From NCBI RefSeq assembly GCF_964355755.1, contig NC_092671.1:39566304-39630303 (forward strand): a DNA stretch of 64,000 nt, given 5' to 3'. The stretch is from Antedon mediterranea. Taxonomy: Eukaryota; Animalia; Echinodermata. Under the pieces are notes generated by a model. The model saw only the letters and a program-made list of their open reading frames with translations. It was not told the DNA's origin and searched no databases. The translations under genes and the position numbers were made by a program. Shown here piece by piece: positions 54,923 through 64,000 of this stretch (within the stretch, counting starts at the first letter, position 1; every line of letters starts with the position of its first letter).

Positions 54923-57900
54923 TTAATAGGAATAGGATGATGAACTGGAGGAAGAGTGCCAGCTACCACCACCAGAACCACCGGAGCTGGAACTGGAATG
55001 AAAAGATGAAAATCCACCGCTTACGAAGTGTCCGCCTCCAGACACGCCGCCAGTTTGAATGTAACGTCCGTTGTGAAGGTAATTCAAACGCCCATTTTTA
55101 ATGTAACTGCGCATAAGCATCCATCTAGCGGTTCGGCCGTTTTTCCATAAGAAGTAAAAGCGACCATGACGTCTTCTATACTTGACAGGGCGCCATCTGT
55201 AACGGTGATTGCCAAACTGCAGACGGGCGTAGAAACGTCCGTGCCTCCAGTACATGGTGGCGCTTGTTCTGATCACACGTGTTCTGAATGATGAGATTCT
55301 AGCCCGATAATATCGACCATTGTGTAAGAAGTAATAGTACCCACCGCTTGTGTAGCTTCTTACTATGCTCCATCTACGACTTCTGTTACGCGCGGGCAAT
55401 GCGTACAAAATACCATTTCGTCGACGGTACGTTACTCTAATAAGGGTAGTACGCCTACCACGACGGTATTTGTAGTATAGAACATTATTTCGCATAACAT
55501 ATGGGGTGTATCGGATTCTAAACTTCATATGACGGGGATGTGTTCGATAACGGCCATGGGAAAAACTATAGTAACGGTTATTCATTCGATAAAATCTCAT
55601 CAAATGCCATCTGCGATTCCAGAGGAAGTAGTAGCGACCGTGACGTTTACGGTAGTTGACTGGTCTCCAGCTGGGTCGTCCTCTTGGTCCTCTTACAGCA
55701 TAGTAGAATTTTCCACCTCTCCAGTAAAATTGTCTTGGGTAGTTGGACTGCCTAAATATAACTTTGTTATATCGGCCATTTGACCAATAGTAGTAAACAC
55801 CTCTGCGTCTGTAAAACATAGTGAACACCCAAGTTTTACCATTCCAGTAGAACAAACGACCATGTTGTCTGCGGAATCGGACGGGTCTTAGTCGGCGTCC
55901 AAATCTGTAGTAGAGTCGGTTTCCACGCCAATAGACATGGCAAAGGCTGGGGTTAAAACGTCTCATTCGTGGCCTATATTGGGGCTGTAGATAATAACGG
56001 TTATTGAACCAGTAGTAATAGCGACCGTGGTTGTTATAGAAGTTTACAGGGCGCCAAGTGTAACGACCGTGGGATGGCCAGTAATAGTAGAATCGTCCAT
56101 GAATGCGGCGATAACGCACTGGTCGCAACATGTAACGACCACCTCGTCGGACGTAATAGTACAATCGATTATTTTTCCACATAATAAATGTGTTGCGTTG
56201 AATGTAGCCAGGGCGATATCTAACCATGTAGTGACCATTATTCCAGTAATAGTATCCACCATTGAGGTTGTAGGAAGTCACATAGTGCCAGGTGTTATTG
56301 TAAAAATAACTTAGGCGACCGTGGTGCTTTCGGTAACGAACAGTGGTCCATACGTAGCGGTTGCCCCGTCGAACACGATAGTACAAACGTCCATGTCGCC
56401 AGGAAATATTAGCTGAATAAGAGTAGGTATGGTGGTGTACATGACGGTAATGGTGGTGGTGATGGTGAAGATGATGTGTTTTGTGCACGTGTTTGGTCAC
56501 TCTTCGTACGTGATACTTGTGTTTGACGTGGTAGTGATGGTGATGACGGTGTACGATGTGTCGATGGTAAACATGCTGGTGATGGATGCGGTTCACGTGT
56601 TTGTAGACGTTTTGGTGATGGTACTTATGGTGTACTTTATAGTGGTGATGGTAATGATGGACTCGATGCCTGTGGTGCACGTGTTTGTAATGCACTATCG
56701 TGATTCGATGTGTGATTATTTTGTGGTGATGACGATGGTGCGTATGGTACACGTGATGGTGATGGTGTACGTAATGACGATGGTGTAGATGTCGGTGATG
56801 TGTAACAAGTATGTTGTGTCTTATGAGACGATGGTGGTATCTATGGTGCACGTGGTGGTAATGGTGGTGGTGATGGATGTTGTGATGGTGGTGTACATGG
56901 CGATGATGCGTTGTTAGAATATGATGATAGATGTGGCGATGGTGGAATCTATGATGAACATGGTGGTAGTGATGATAATGGTGGATGCGATGGTGATGGT
57001 GCACGTGTCGGTGGTGCGTAATTGTGATGTGGTGGTGGATGGTTCTGAGATGGTATCGGTGATGGGCGTGGTAGTAATGATGGTAATGATGTATACGGTG
57101 ATGATGGTGGATGTGACGATGATGTCTTACGTGAATGTGGTGCACAATTGTACGCAGATGGTATCTATGGTGTACGTGGTGCCGGTGGTGGTAGTGATGA
57201 ATATGATGGTGGTGATGCACATGTCGGTGGTGTGTTGTGACAATATGGTGGACAACGGTACGGTGATGGAATCGGTGGTGAGTGTGATACACGTGATGGT
57301 AATGGTGGATATGATGATGATGCTGCATGTGACGATGATGCGTTACAGTAACATGATGCAGCACGGTTCTAAGGTGATATTTATGATGTACATGGTAGTA
57401 ATGATGATAGTGGTGGATGTTGTGACGATGGTGGACATGTCGGTGATGTGTTATACGAATATGATGAAGGACTGTTTTCAAATGGTATTTGTGATGTCTG
57501 TGGTAATAATGGTGATAATGGTGGACATGATGGTGGTGATGGAGATGTCGGTGGTGTGTAACGGTCACGTGGTGATACACAGTACGTGTGTGGTACCTAT
57601 GGTGGATATGGTAATTGTGGTGGTAGTGGTGGATTCGGTGAATGTGGTGAAGATGCCTGTGATGTGTTATACGAATATGATGGTAAATGGTACGGTGATG
57701 GTATCTATGGTGGGCGTGGTAGTAGTGATGGTAGTGGTGAACGTAATGCCTGTGGTGCAGGTTTTTGTGGTGCGTAATATGAATGTGATGTACGATTGTT
57801 CGGAGATGGTATCGGTGATGAGTGTGGTAATGGTGATGGTAATGATGGATGTAATGCGTGTGGTACAGGTGTCGGTGATGAGTTATATGTATGTGATGAG

Positions 57901-60900
57901 CCACATATCGGTGGTGGTATCTGTGATGGGTATGGTAGTAGTGGTGGTAATGGTGAATGGCATGTCGATGGTGCAGATGCTTGTGGTGTACCACGTTAAT
58001 ATGGTGATAAATATGTCGGTGATGGTATCGGTGATGGGTATGATAATGGTGATGGTAATGATGGATCTGGTGGAAGTGATGGACATGTTTATGATGCAAC
58101 ACATTTATGTGGTGGTAGACGGTACGGTGGTGGTATCTATGGTGGATATGGTAGTAGTGGTGGTAATGATGGATATGGTGATAATGATGAATGTGTCTTC
58201 TGTGGATCACATTAATGTGATGTAGGACCAGACGATGATAATATCTGTGGTGAGTATGGTAATAGTGATGATAGTGATGGATATAGTGTCGATGATGTAA
58301 GTGTCGGTGATGTACTATAGTTATATAATTGTATATATTTCTGTGGTGGAATCTATGGTGAACATGGTAATGATGATGGTGGTGATGGATATAATGGCGA
58401 TGGTATCTATGTAGGTGATGGATAGTCTTGATGTGGGTAACTATATACCGAGTGATATACCTATGGTATCGATGATAGGTATGTATATAGTGGTGAATGT
58501 AATACCGATGGAAAACGTCTTTAATGTGGTTAACGGTAACATGGACATACACTATTCGTTTACGGTAATTATGGTGCACGTGGTAGTAGTGGTGGTAGTG
58601 ATGAATGTAATGCTTGTGGTATATATGACGATGGTGTGAATAAGTTATATAGTGATATACATTTCGGTGATGGTATCTATGGTGGACATGGTAATAATGG
58701 TGATAATGGTGGATGTGGTGTCGGTGGTGCAAATGACGGTGATGCACAACAGTTATATGGTGATATATGGTGCGATGGTGGTACCTGTGGTGAACATGGT
58801 AATAATGGTGGTAGTGATGGATAGCGTGACGGTGGTGGACATGCCTGTGGTGGGCAATGTGGATATGATGGTAAATGGTACGATGGATATACCGATGGTG
58901 TCGGTGGTAGTAATGATGATAATGATGGATGTAGTGACGATGGTGTAAATGACGATGGTGAATTATTTTGATATGGTGGTAGATATGGCGGTGATGGTAT
59001 TTATGGTGAACATGGTAATAGTGGTGATAATGATGAACGTAGTGGTGATGATGAAGGTGGCGATGATGTGTTATTTTAATGTGATGCCTAATATGTCTAT
59101 GGTGGTATCTGTGGTGAATATGGTAATAATGGTGATAGTGATGGTGATAATGTCTGTGGTGCAGATGACGACGATGGAGGACGTGGATATGGTGTACCAC
59201 GGTACGAAGGTGGTATCGGTGATGAACGTGGTAGTAATGATGATAGTGGTGTACATAATGCGTGTGATGTACGTGTCGGTGGTGCAGAGTGTGTATATGG
59301 TGGACTAAGAGTCGGTGATGGTATCTATGATGGACATGGTAATAATGGTGATGATGGTGTATACGGTGATGATGGTGCACGTGTTTATGGTGCACTATAC
59401 GTATATGGTGATAGAAGGTACGGTGATGATATTTATGGTGGACATGGTAGTAGTGGTGGTAGTGGTGAATACGATGGTGATGATGCACGTGTCTATGGTG
59501 GGTCACGTGGATATGATGGTAAACACGTCGATGGTGGTACCTATGGTGAATGTGATAGTAATGATGGTGGTGATGGATATGGTGATGATGGTGACGGTGA
59601 AGGTGGTGCGTTATCAAACGATGGTGATATATGATACGATGGTGGTAGCGGTGATGAGTGTGGTAATAATGATGATAGTGGTGGTGGTAATGACGATGGT
59701 GTAAGTGACGGTGATGATTTATTGTGATATGGTGTCTAATGGTATGCAGGTGGTATCTATGGTGCACATGGTGAATATGGTGATAATGATGAATAGTGTG
59801 TCGGTGGTGCACGTGCTTATGGTGATTCACACGAATATGGTGAAGGACTGTGTGAAGGTGATACCGGTGGTGAACATGATGCCGATGGTGGTAATGGTGA
59901 ATATTATGGTAATGGTGTCGGTGTCGGTAATGCGTAACATGAATATGGTGTATTATGTTACGGTGATGATACCTATTGTGAATGTGACGGTAATGGTGGT
60001 GATGGTGAATTATATGCCTATGGTATATATGCCTGTGGTGATTATAACGGAGATGATGGTACACATGACGGGTGTGGTATCGATGAGTCACGTGATAGTG
60101 ATGATGATAGTGGTGTCTTAGGTGAGTATGGTGCTTATGACGGTGTAAAGTCACGTAAACATGACGATTCTTGATAACATGATGATAGCGATGATGGGTG
60201 TGTATCAGATGCTTATATTTGTGGTGATAATGATGATGGTGAAGATGCACGTGTCGAATGCGCACCTTTGTTTTGTAGTGATGCACGTGGTGATGGTGAT
60301 GCCTATGCCTGTGTATAATATGTGTGTGCGTCAAATAATGACCATGGTTGTAATAGTAGTTGCGGCCGTTCAAATAGTAATAACGGACAATATGCCATGT
60401 TTTGTGGCCTCCGTAACCCCACCAAAAGTAGTAGCGGCCATGCACTTTTCTGTAACGGACCAGGCGCCAGGTATAGCGGTTGTTATGATACCACCGCATG
60501 TACAGACGTCCGCCACGGAATCTAAAACGAAGAGTTCCGATCGAAGGCCTAAAGTTGTAACGACCATGGTTCCAATAGTATGTGCGTCCATTGATAGTGT
60601 AATAGCGAACAATGGACCAGATATATCGGTGGCCTACGCGATGGTAGTAGTATGTGCGTCCATGATATCTTCTATATTTGACAGGACGCCAGCGGTAACT
60701 GTTTCCAACACGATAGCGTAAGTAGAGGCCATTGCTACGCCAGTAAAAATGAATCTGTCCATTTGTGCGATAGTAGGTTACACTAACGCTAGGAAGCCTT
60801 AATCTTGGGTAATATTGGTAGCGACCATTTCTGAAGATGAACATTCGTCCAAATATTCTAATATTATGAACCAAAGACCAGATGTACCGTCTTCCTACAC

Positions 60901-61513
60901 GTCTCCAGTACAAGAATCTGCCACCGGATCGTCTGAATCTCACCACTTGCCATACATATCGGCCACCTCTCCGTCGAAAGATGTACAGACGGTTGTTTTT
61001 CCACTGGAAGAATGTTTTGTATCGACGGGGACGGTAGGAGGAAGTGCGATATCTTCCATGACTCCAAAAGTACCTTCGTCCTCTAGATGTAAAGGCTCTT
61101 ACCAAAACCCATCGGTAACGGCCTCCCCAGCGCATGAAAACATAAATGCGACCACGGACTACGCGTTGTCTTTTAAGGTATCGGTTGAAGTACCGACCGC
61201 CTCTTCGCCAGCGGACATACATACGACCACCACGTCTGTAAAACCAGTAACGTACCCGGTAAATCTTTTTATAACGTCTTCTTCGTGAAGGTAGACGATA
61301 ACGTACTACCTTGGTGCGCGTATGAGTAAGTGAATACTTGTCTACGTCATCGACATTATTGGACGATTCACTCACATCTGGTCTGCTGGCGGACAGAATA
61401 TCTTTGTCGACTTTATCGACAGCATCTTCAGTTCGACTTACTGGTGCTTCGGAGAGTGAACTGTGTACTAAGACGATGCACCCAAACAGAAAAACCAACC
61501 GAATCACCGACAT
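54923..61513 (-). CDS. Giant secreted His-rich, Arg/Tyr-rich repeat protein 2 (2196 aa), paralogue of protein 1
   Basis: Signal peptide MSVIRLVFLFGCIVLVHS; acidic segment with VDKDIL; 4+6 R/Y/W modules around a 36-aa His repeat core; Gly/Ser tail; acceptor ttttgacag 9 nt before the ATG. Confidence 0.9.
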   Translation of the reverse strand: MSVIRLVFLFGCIVLVHSSLSEAPVSRTEDAVDKVDKDILSASRPDVSESSNNVDDVDKYSLTHTRTKVVRYRLPSRRRRYKKIYRVRYWFYRRGGRMYVRWRRGGRYFNRYLKRQRVVRGRIYVFMRWGGRYRWVLVRAFTSRGRRYFWSHGRYRTSSYRPRRYKTFFQWKNNRLYIFRRRGGRYVWQVVRFRRSGGRFLYWRRVGRRYIWSLVHNIRIFGRMFIFRNGRYQYYPRLRLPSVSVTYYRTNGQIHFYWRSNGLYLRYRVGNSYRWRPVKYRRYHGRTYYYHRVGHRYIWSIVRYYTINGRTYYWNHGRYNFRPSIGTLRFRFRGGRLYMRWYHNNRYTWRLVRYRKVHGRYYFWWGYGGHKTWHIVRYYYLNGRNYYYNHGHYLTHTHIIHRHRHHHHHVHHYKTKVRIRHVHLHHHHYHHKYKHLIHTHHRYHHVIKNRHVYVTLHRHKHHTHLRHHYHHHYHVTHRYHTRHVYHHLRYNHHRHIYHRHIIHHHHHYRHIHNRYHHRNIIHHIHVTHYRHRHHYHNIHHYHHRHHVHHRYHLHTVLHHIRVNHHKHVHHRHTIHHYHHIHHVHHRYHLHTIRHHITINHHRHLHHRHYHHHYHHYYHTHHRYHHRIIYHHRLITHHLHRHHHHHIHHHHHYYHIHHRYHHRRVYHHIHVTHHRHVHHHHRIHHYHHYYHVHHKYHHRTFYHHIRIVHHKHVHHHHRIHHHHHYYHVHHRYHHRLLVHHIHTLHHRHVHHTHYVHHYHHYYHVHHRYHLRTVVHHIHVLHRRHLHHRHYHHHYHHYYHIHHRYHHRHIRHHIKITHHRHLHHHHYVHHYHHYYHVHHKYHHRHIYHHIKIIHHRHLHHRHYIHHYHHYYHRHHRYIHRTIYHHIHIAHHRHVHHRHAIHHYHHYYHVHHRYHHRTIYHHITVVHHRHLHHRHHIHHYHHYYHVHHRYHHRNVYHYITYSHHRHIYHKHYIHHYHHYYHVHHNYRKRIVYVHVTVNHIKDVFHRYYIHHYIHTYHRYHRYITRYIVTHIKTIHHLHRYHRHYIHHHHHHYHVHHRFHHRNIYNYITIVHHRHLHHRHYIHHYHHYYHTHHRYYHRLVLHHINVIHRRHIHHYHHIHHYHHYYHIHHRYHHRTVYHHINVLHHKHVHHFHQIHHYHHHYHTHHRYHHRHIYHHINVVHHKHLHHRHAIHHYHHYYHTHHRYHHRYVAHHIHITHHRHLYHTHYIHHYHHHYHTHHRYHLRTIVHHIHITHHKNLHHRHYVHHYHHYYHAHHRYHHRTIYHHIRITHHRHLHHIHRIHHYHHNYHIHHRYHTRTVYHHVTVTHHRHLHHHHHVHHYHHYYHRHHKYHLKTVLHHIRITHHRHVHHRHNIHHYHHYYHVHHKYHLRTVLHHVTVTHHRHMQHHHHIHHYHHVYHTHHRFHHRTVVHHIVTTHHRHVHHHHHIHHYHHRHHVHHRYHLRTIVHHIHVRHHRHIHHHHRIHHYHHYYHAHHRYHLRTIHHHITITHHRHVHHHHRIHHYHHYHHVHHRFHHRHIYHHILTTHHRHVHHHHNIHHHHHYHHVHHRYHHRLIRHNILVTHHRHLHHRHYVHHHHHVYHTHHRHHHKIITHRITIVHYKHVHHRHRVHHYHHHYKVHHKYHHQNVYKHVNRIHHQHVYHRHIVHRHHHHYHVKHKYHVRRVTKHVHKTHHLHHHHHHYRHVHHHTYSYSANISWRHGRLYYRVRRGNRYVWTTVRYRKHHGRLSYFYNNTWHYVTSYNLNGGYYYWNNGHYMVRYRPGYIQRNTFIMWKNNRLYYYVRRGGRYMLRPVRYRRIHGRFYYYWPSHGRYTWRPVNFYNNHGRYYYWFNNRYYLQPQYRPRMRRFNPSLCHVYWRGNRLYYRFGRRLRPVRFRRQHGRLFYWNGKTWVFTMFYRRRGVYYYWSNGRYNKVIFRQSNYPRQFYWRGGKFYYAVRGPRGRPSWRPVNYRKRHGRYYFLWNRRWHLMRFYRMNNRYYSFSHGRYRTHPRHMKFRIRYTPYVMRNNVLYYKYRRGRRTTLIRVTYRRRNGILYALPARNRSRRWSIVRSYTSGGYYYFLHNGRYYRARISSFRTRVIRTSATMYWRHGRFYARLQFGNHRYRWRPVKYRRRHGRFYFLWKNGRTARWMLMRSYIKNGRLNYLHNGRYIQTGGVSGGGHFVSGGFSSFHSSSSSGGSGGGSWHSSSSSSSYSY

Positions 61514-62621
61514 GGTTCTTAACTGTCAAAAAAATTTAAAAAAATAAAATTAAATTACTGTATGTAATATTACTAAAGTTTCGACAATATACTACTATAC
61601 TGTAGGTATACTACTGTTGCTAAGGCTACTTTTATTTACTAATACTACCACACTTAAAATACCATGCGTTTTATTATTTGTCAATACTAAATGACAGTTG
61701 CAAGCTTGAAAATACATTTGGGCATAATCGCATTTTTACTATCCGGACAAATTGTTATTATATAAAAAAAATAGTTTAATAGTGCATTTCTTTAGTTGTA
61801 AATTTAGTAGTTTAGTAGTAGTTTAATCATGGATGGCGTAAATGGAGAAACAACGACTACACATCAAAGGGACGGTCAAAGGGACGGTCACATCAAAGGG
61901 ACGGTCAGTGGTATGCAATACCAAACTGCCAAACCCGAATCAAGGTAAGTAATTACTAAATATGATTGTACTCTAAATGACTAGACGTATTCCACTGAGG
62001 AAATAGGCCTGTAATAAATACAGTACCCTATATCCTATATTAATTAATTAAATAATAATGTAGTAGTATTGCAAGTAATCTAATAGCTTACTACTTATTG
62101 TTTTTATACAATATTTTTTGAACTAGAAAACACAAAGCTCTTCGAGGTTCCAAACGAGTTCTTATTATTTTTGGACAGAATTTGTTGTAATATACTGCAA
62201 TTTGGTGTGGACTATGTTCAATATACATAAATATCTTATGAAATTTAATTTGGCCGAAATATCTATACAATTGTGTATTACTGTGTATATAGACGCTAAA
62301 TAAGCATACATTATGTTTATATACGCCTGTATCTATCTTACTCTGCGTACACAAGTTCTAGTTAACGACCATTATCGCTTTGCAAACCAATCTAAACAAG
62401 ATATTTACTAAGAAATTTAAAATATTTATTTTCAAACTTGCGATTTGTTATTTTACTTTCTGTTTCCTAAATAAACTATTCCTGTCATCGTTTATAATTA
62501 CAATTCCAGTATATAATTGATGGCAAGGATCCTGCATAAAAAAGTTTACAATTATGTTTTCGCAGGACCCTTTTACATAAAAACATAAAACATAGCAATT
62601 ATAAATATTTGTTTTAGTTGA

Positions 62622-62738
62622 ACTTACCTATGTCAGATAGGAACCAGCAAGTTTGTCTCAGTTGATCTGTGTTCTGATAGAACTTAGTGGAAGTTCTATC
62701 ATAACTCCTGGTAAAATTGCTAATTGTTCATTTATATA
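62622..62738 (-). promoter_or_regulatory. Core promoter and non-coding exon 1 of His-rich gene 2, with 5' hairpin
   Basis: Minus strand TATATAAA 62738-62731; AGTTATGATAGAACTT from 62706; perfect 11-bp stem within 62675-62701; donor AG|GTAAGT at 62627. Confidence 0.75.
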
Positions 62739-62984
62739 TGACAGGGCCACTTGTTTACTTAACTTGAGTGTTGGTCTTACATTCTACGGGTAGTGTGTGG
62801 TATTAAGTGTCAAAGCAAAGAGTTCATATGCACAATTGTTTCAATAGATTTGTTTCTTGTGAAGTGATCGTTTTGATTTATATCCCCATATGTTCTTGTT
62901 AATTAATAATTATACATTTGACTTTACCACTTATATTTGGCTTTGCAAAAATTGCAAAAACGTTTCTTCAGTTCGTTTTCTGTA

Positions 62985-63116
62985 GAACTAATTAACCGAT
63001 AATAGGATATAGAACTGTTAATAGGTTATAGGACCGATAATAGGATACAGAACCGATAATAGGTTATAGAACTGATAATCGGATATAGAACCGTTAATAG
63101 GATACAGAACCGATAA
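62985..63116. repeat. ~19-bp degenerate tandem (gaaccgataataggatata)
   Basis: 6-7 visible units. Confidence 0.8.
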
Positions 63117-63799
63117 AATACACTCACTGGCTTAATACATACATAAAATACACGCGGCACAGAAGCGGTCCACATATTTTGTGAATGTTGCGTAAAACTG
63201 TTAACATTATTGATATCATACAAATGTTACTAATCCTTGTTCTACTTATTTTGAAAATAAATGGTAGATATGATCGGAAAATAATATGAATGTGAAACAC
63301 TAGGTTTATTGTCCCATCTATTAAAAAATATAAACCTGTTTTAATGTTGACATTTGAATAAATATTTCAGTAACAGCAACAACATTTATGTACAGTATTA
63401 CAACATTCAACTGGATCATTTTTATCATAAACTTATATTAAAACACTGTTACTAAAAAAGTTTGTAGAAGTAGAGGGCGCAGTGGTGATTTTTAAAGACA
63501 AATATTCTACAAATTGAAAATAAGATTAAAACTTGTACAATCAAATGTATATAGGAACAGACACGTTAATAATTACACTAACTAGCAGAGCCTGCTTCAG
63601 AGCTTTCAGAATCGACTCATGTTTCTACTTGAAAATTAATAATTAGCAAACATTTTTTTCGGATTTTGAACCAAATAAATCATTTAAAAATATGATATCT
63701 AGAGTATACAAGAGCCTAATTGATGGTACCTTGTTGACTTGTCTCTTACCAGCATATTTGGATATGTGTACCACTTGAGGTATACAAGATTACGGGCCT

Positions 63800-63920
63800 T
63801 ATATAAATGACAGACCGTTGAAAGCTGGTACAAGTTTTGTTAGAACTTGGTTGTTCTAGCTTACTACAGTGAGGTAACAGCGTATTTCATAAACCGTCAA
63901 CCGGACATAAGCAGGTAAGA
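63800..63920 (+). promoter_or_regulatory. Third copy of the promoter/first-exon cassette; predicted CDS lies beyond the window
   Basis: TATATAAA at 63800; AGTTTTGTTAGAACTT at 63833; stem GTTAGAAC/GTTCTAGC; donor CAG|GTAAGA at 63915. Confidence 0.65.
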
Positions 63921-64000
63921 ATTAAACTTCTCAATACTTTATGACATTTTATTTCATTTTGATTAACAAATTCGGGAACTATTATTACTAATAGAAACAT

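Overview
AT-rich, intron-containing invertebrate (metazoan) DNA with three parts. (1) 1-12 kb is repeat-rich: an intron-containing Ginger-type integrase/OTU transposon with an in-frame stop, a tRNA-derived tandem, a Penelope retroelement with a hammerhead ribozyme in (TA)n, and a ~132-bp satellite. (2) ~12.2-40.7 kb is a diverged tandem duplication. Each copy holds a secreted animal alpha-amylase (+) facing a small antistasin+TIL gene (-). Copy 1 amylase lost its C-terminal domain, and the copy 2 antistasin gene is frameshifted. Three tandem arrays in copy 1 trace back to single units in copy 2. (3) 41.5-64 kb holds two convergent paralogues, each with one ~6.5-kb coding exon for a ~2,200-aa secreted protein: acidic pro-piece, Arg/Tyr/Trp modules and a ~1,300-aa, ~45-50% His core of strict 36-aa period. 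They share a TATA + cap-proximal hairpin + ~80-nt non-coding first exon. A third copy of that cassette at 63.8 kb predicts another family member just beyond the window. All coordinates and counts were read by eye and no database search was run.
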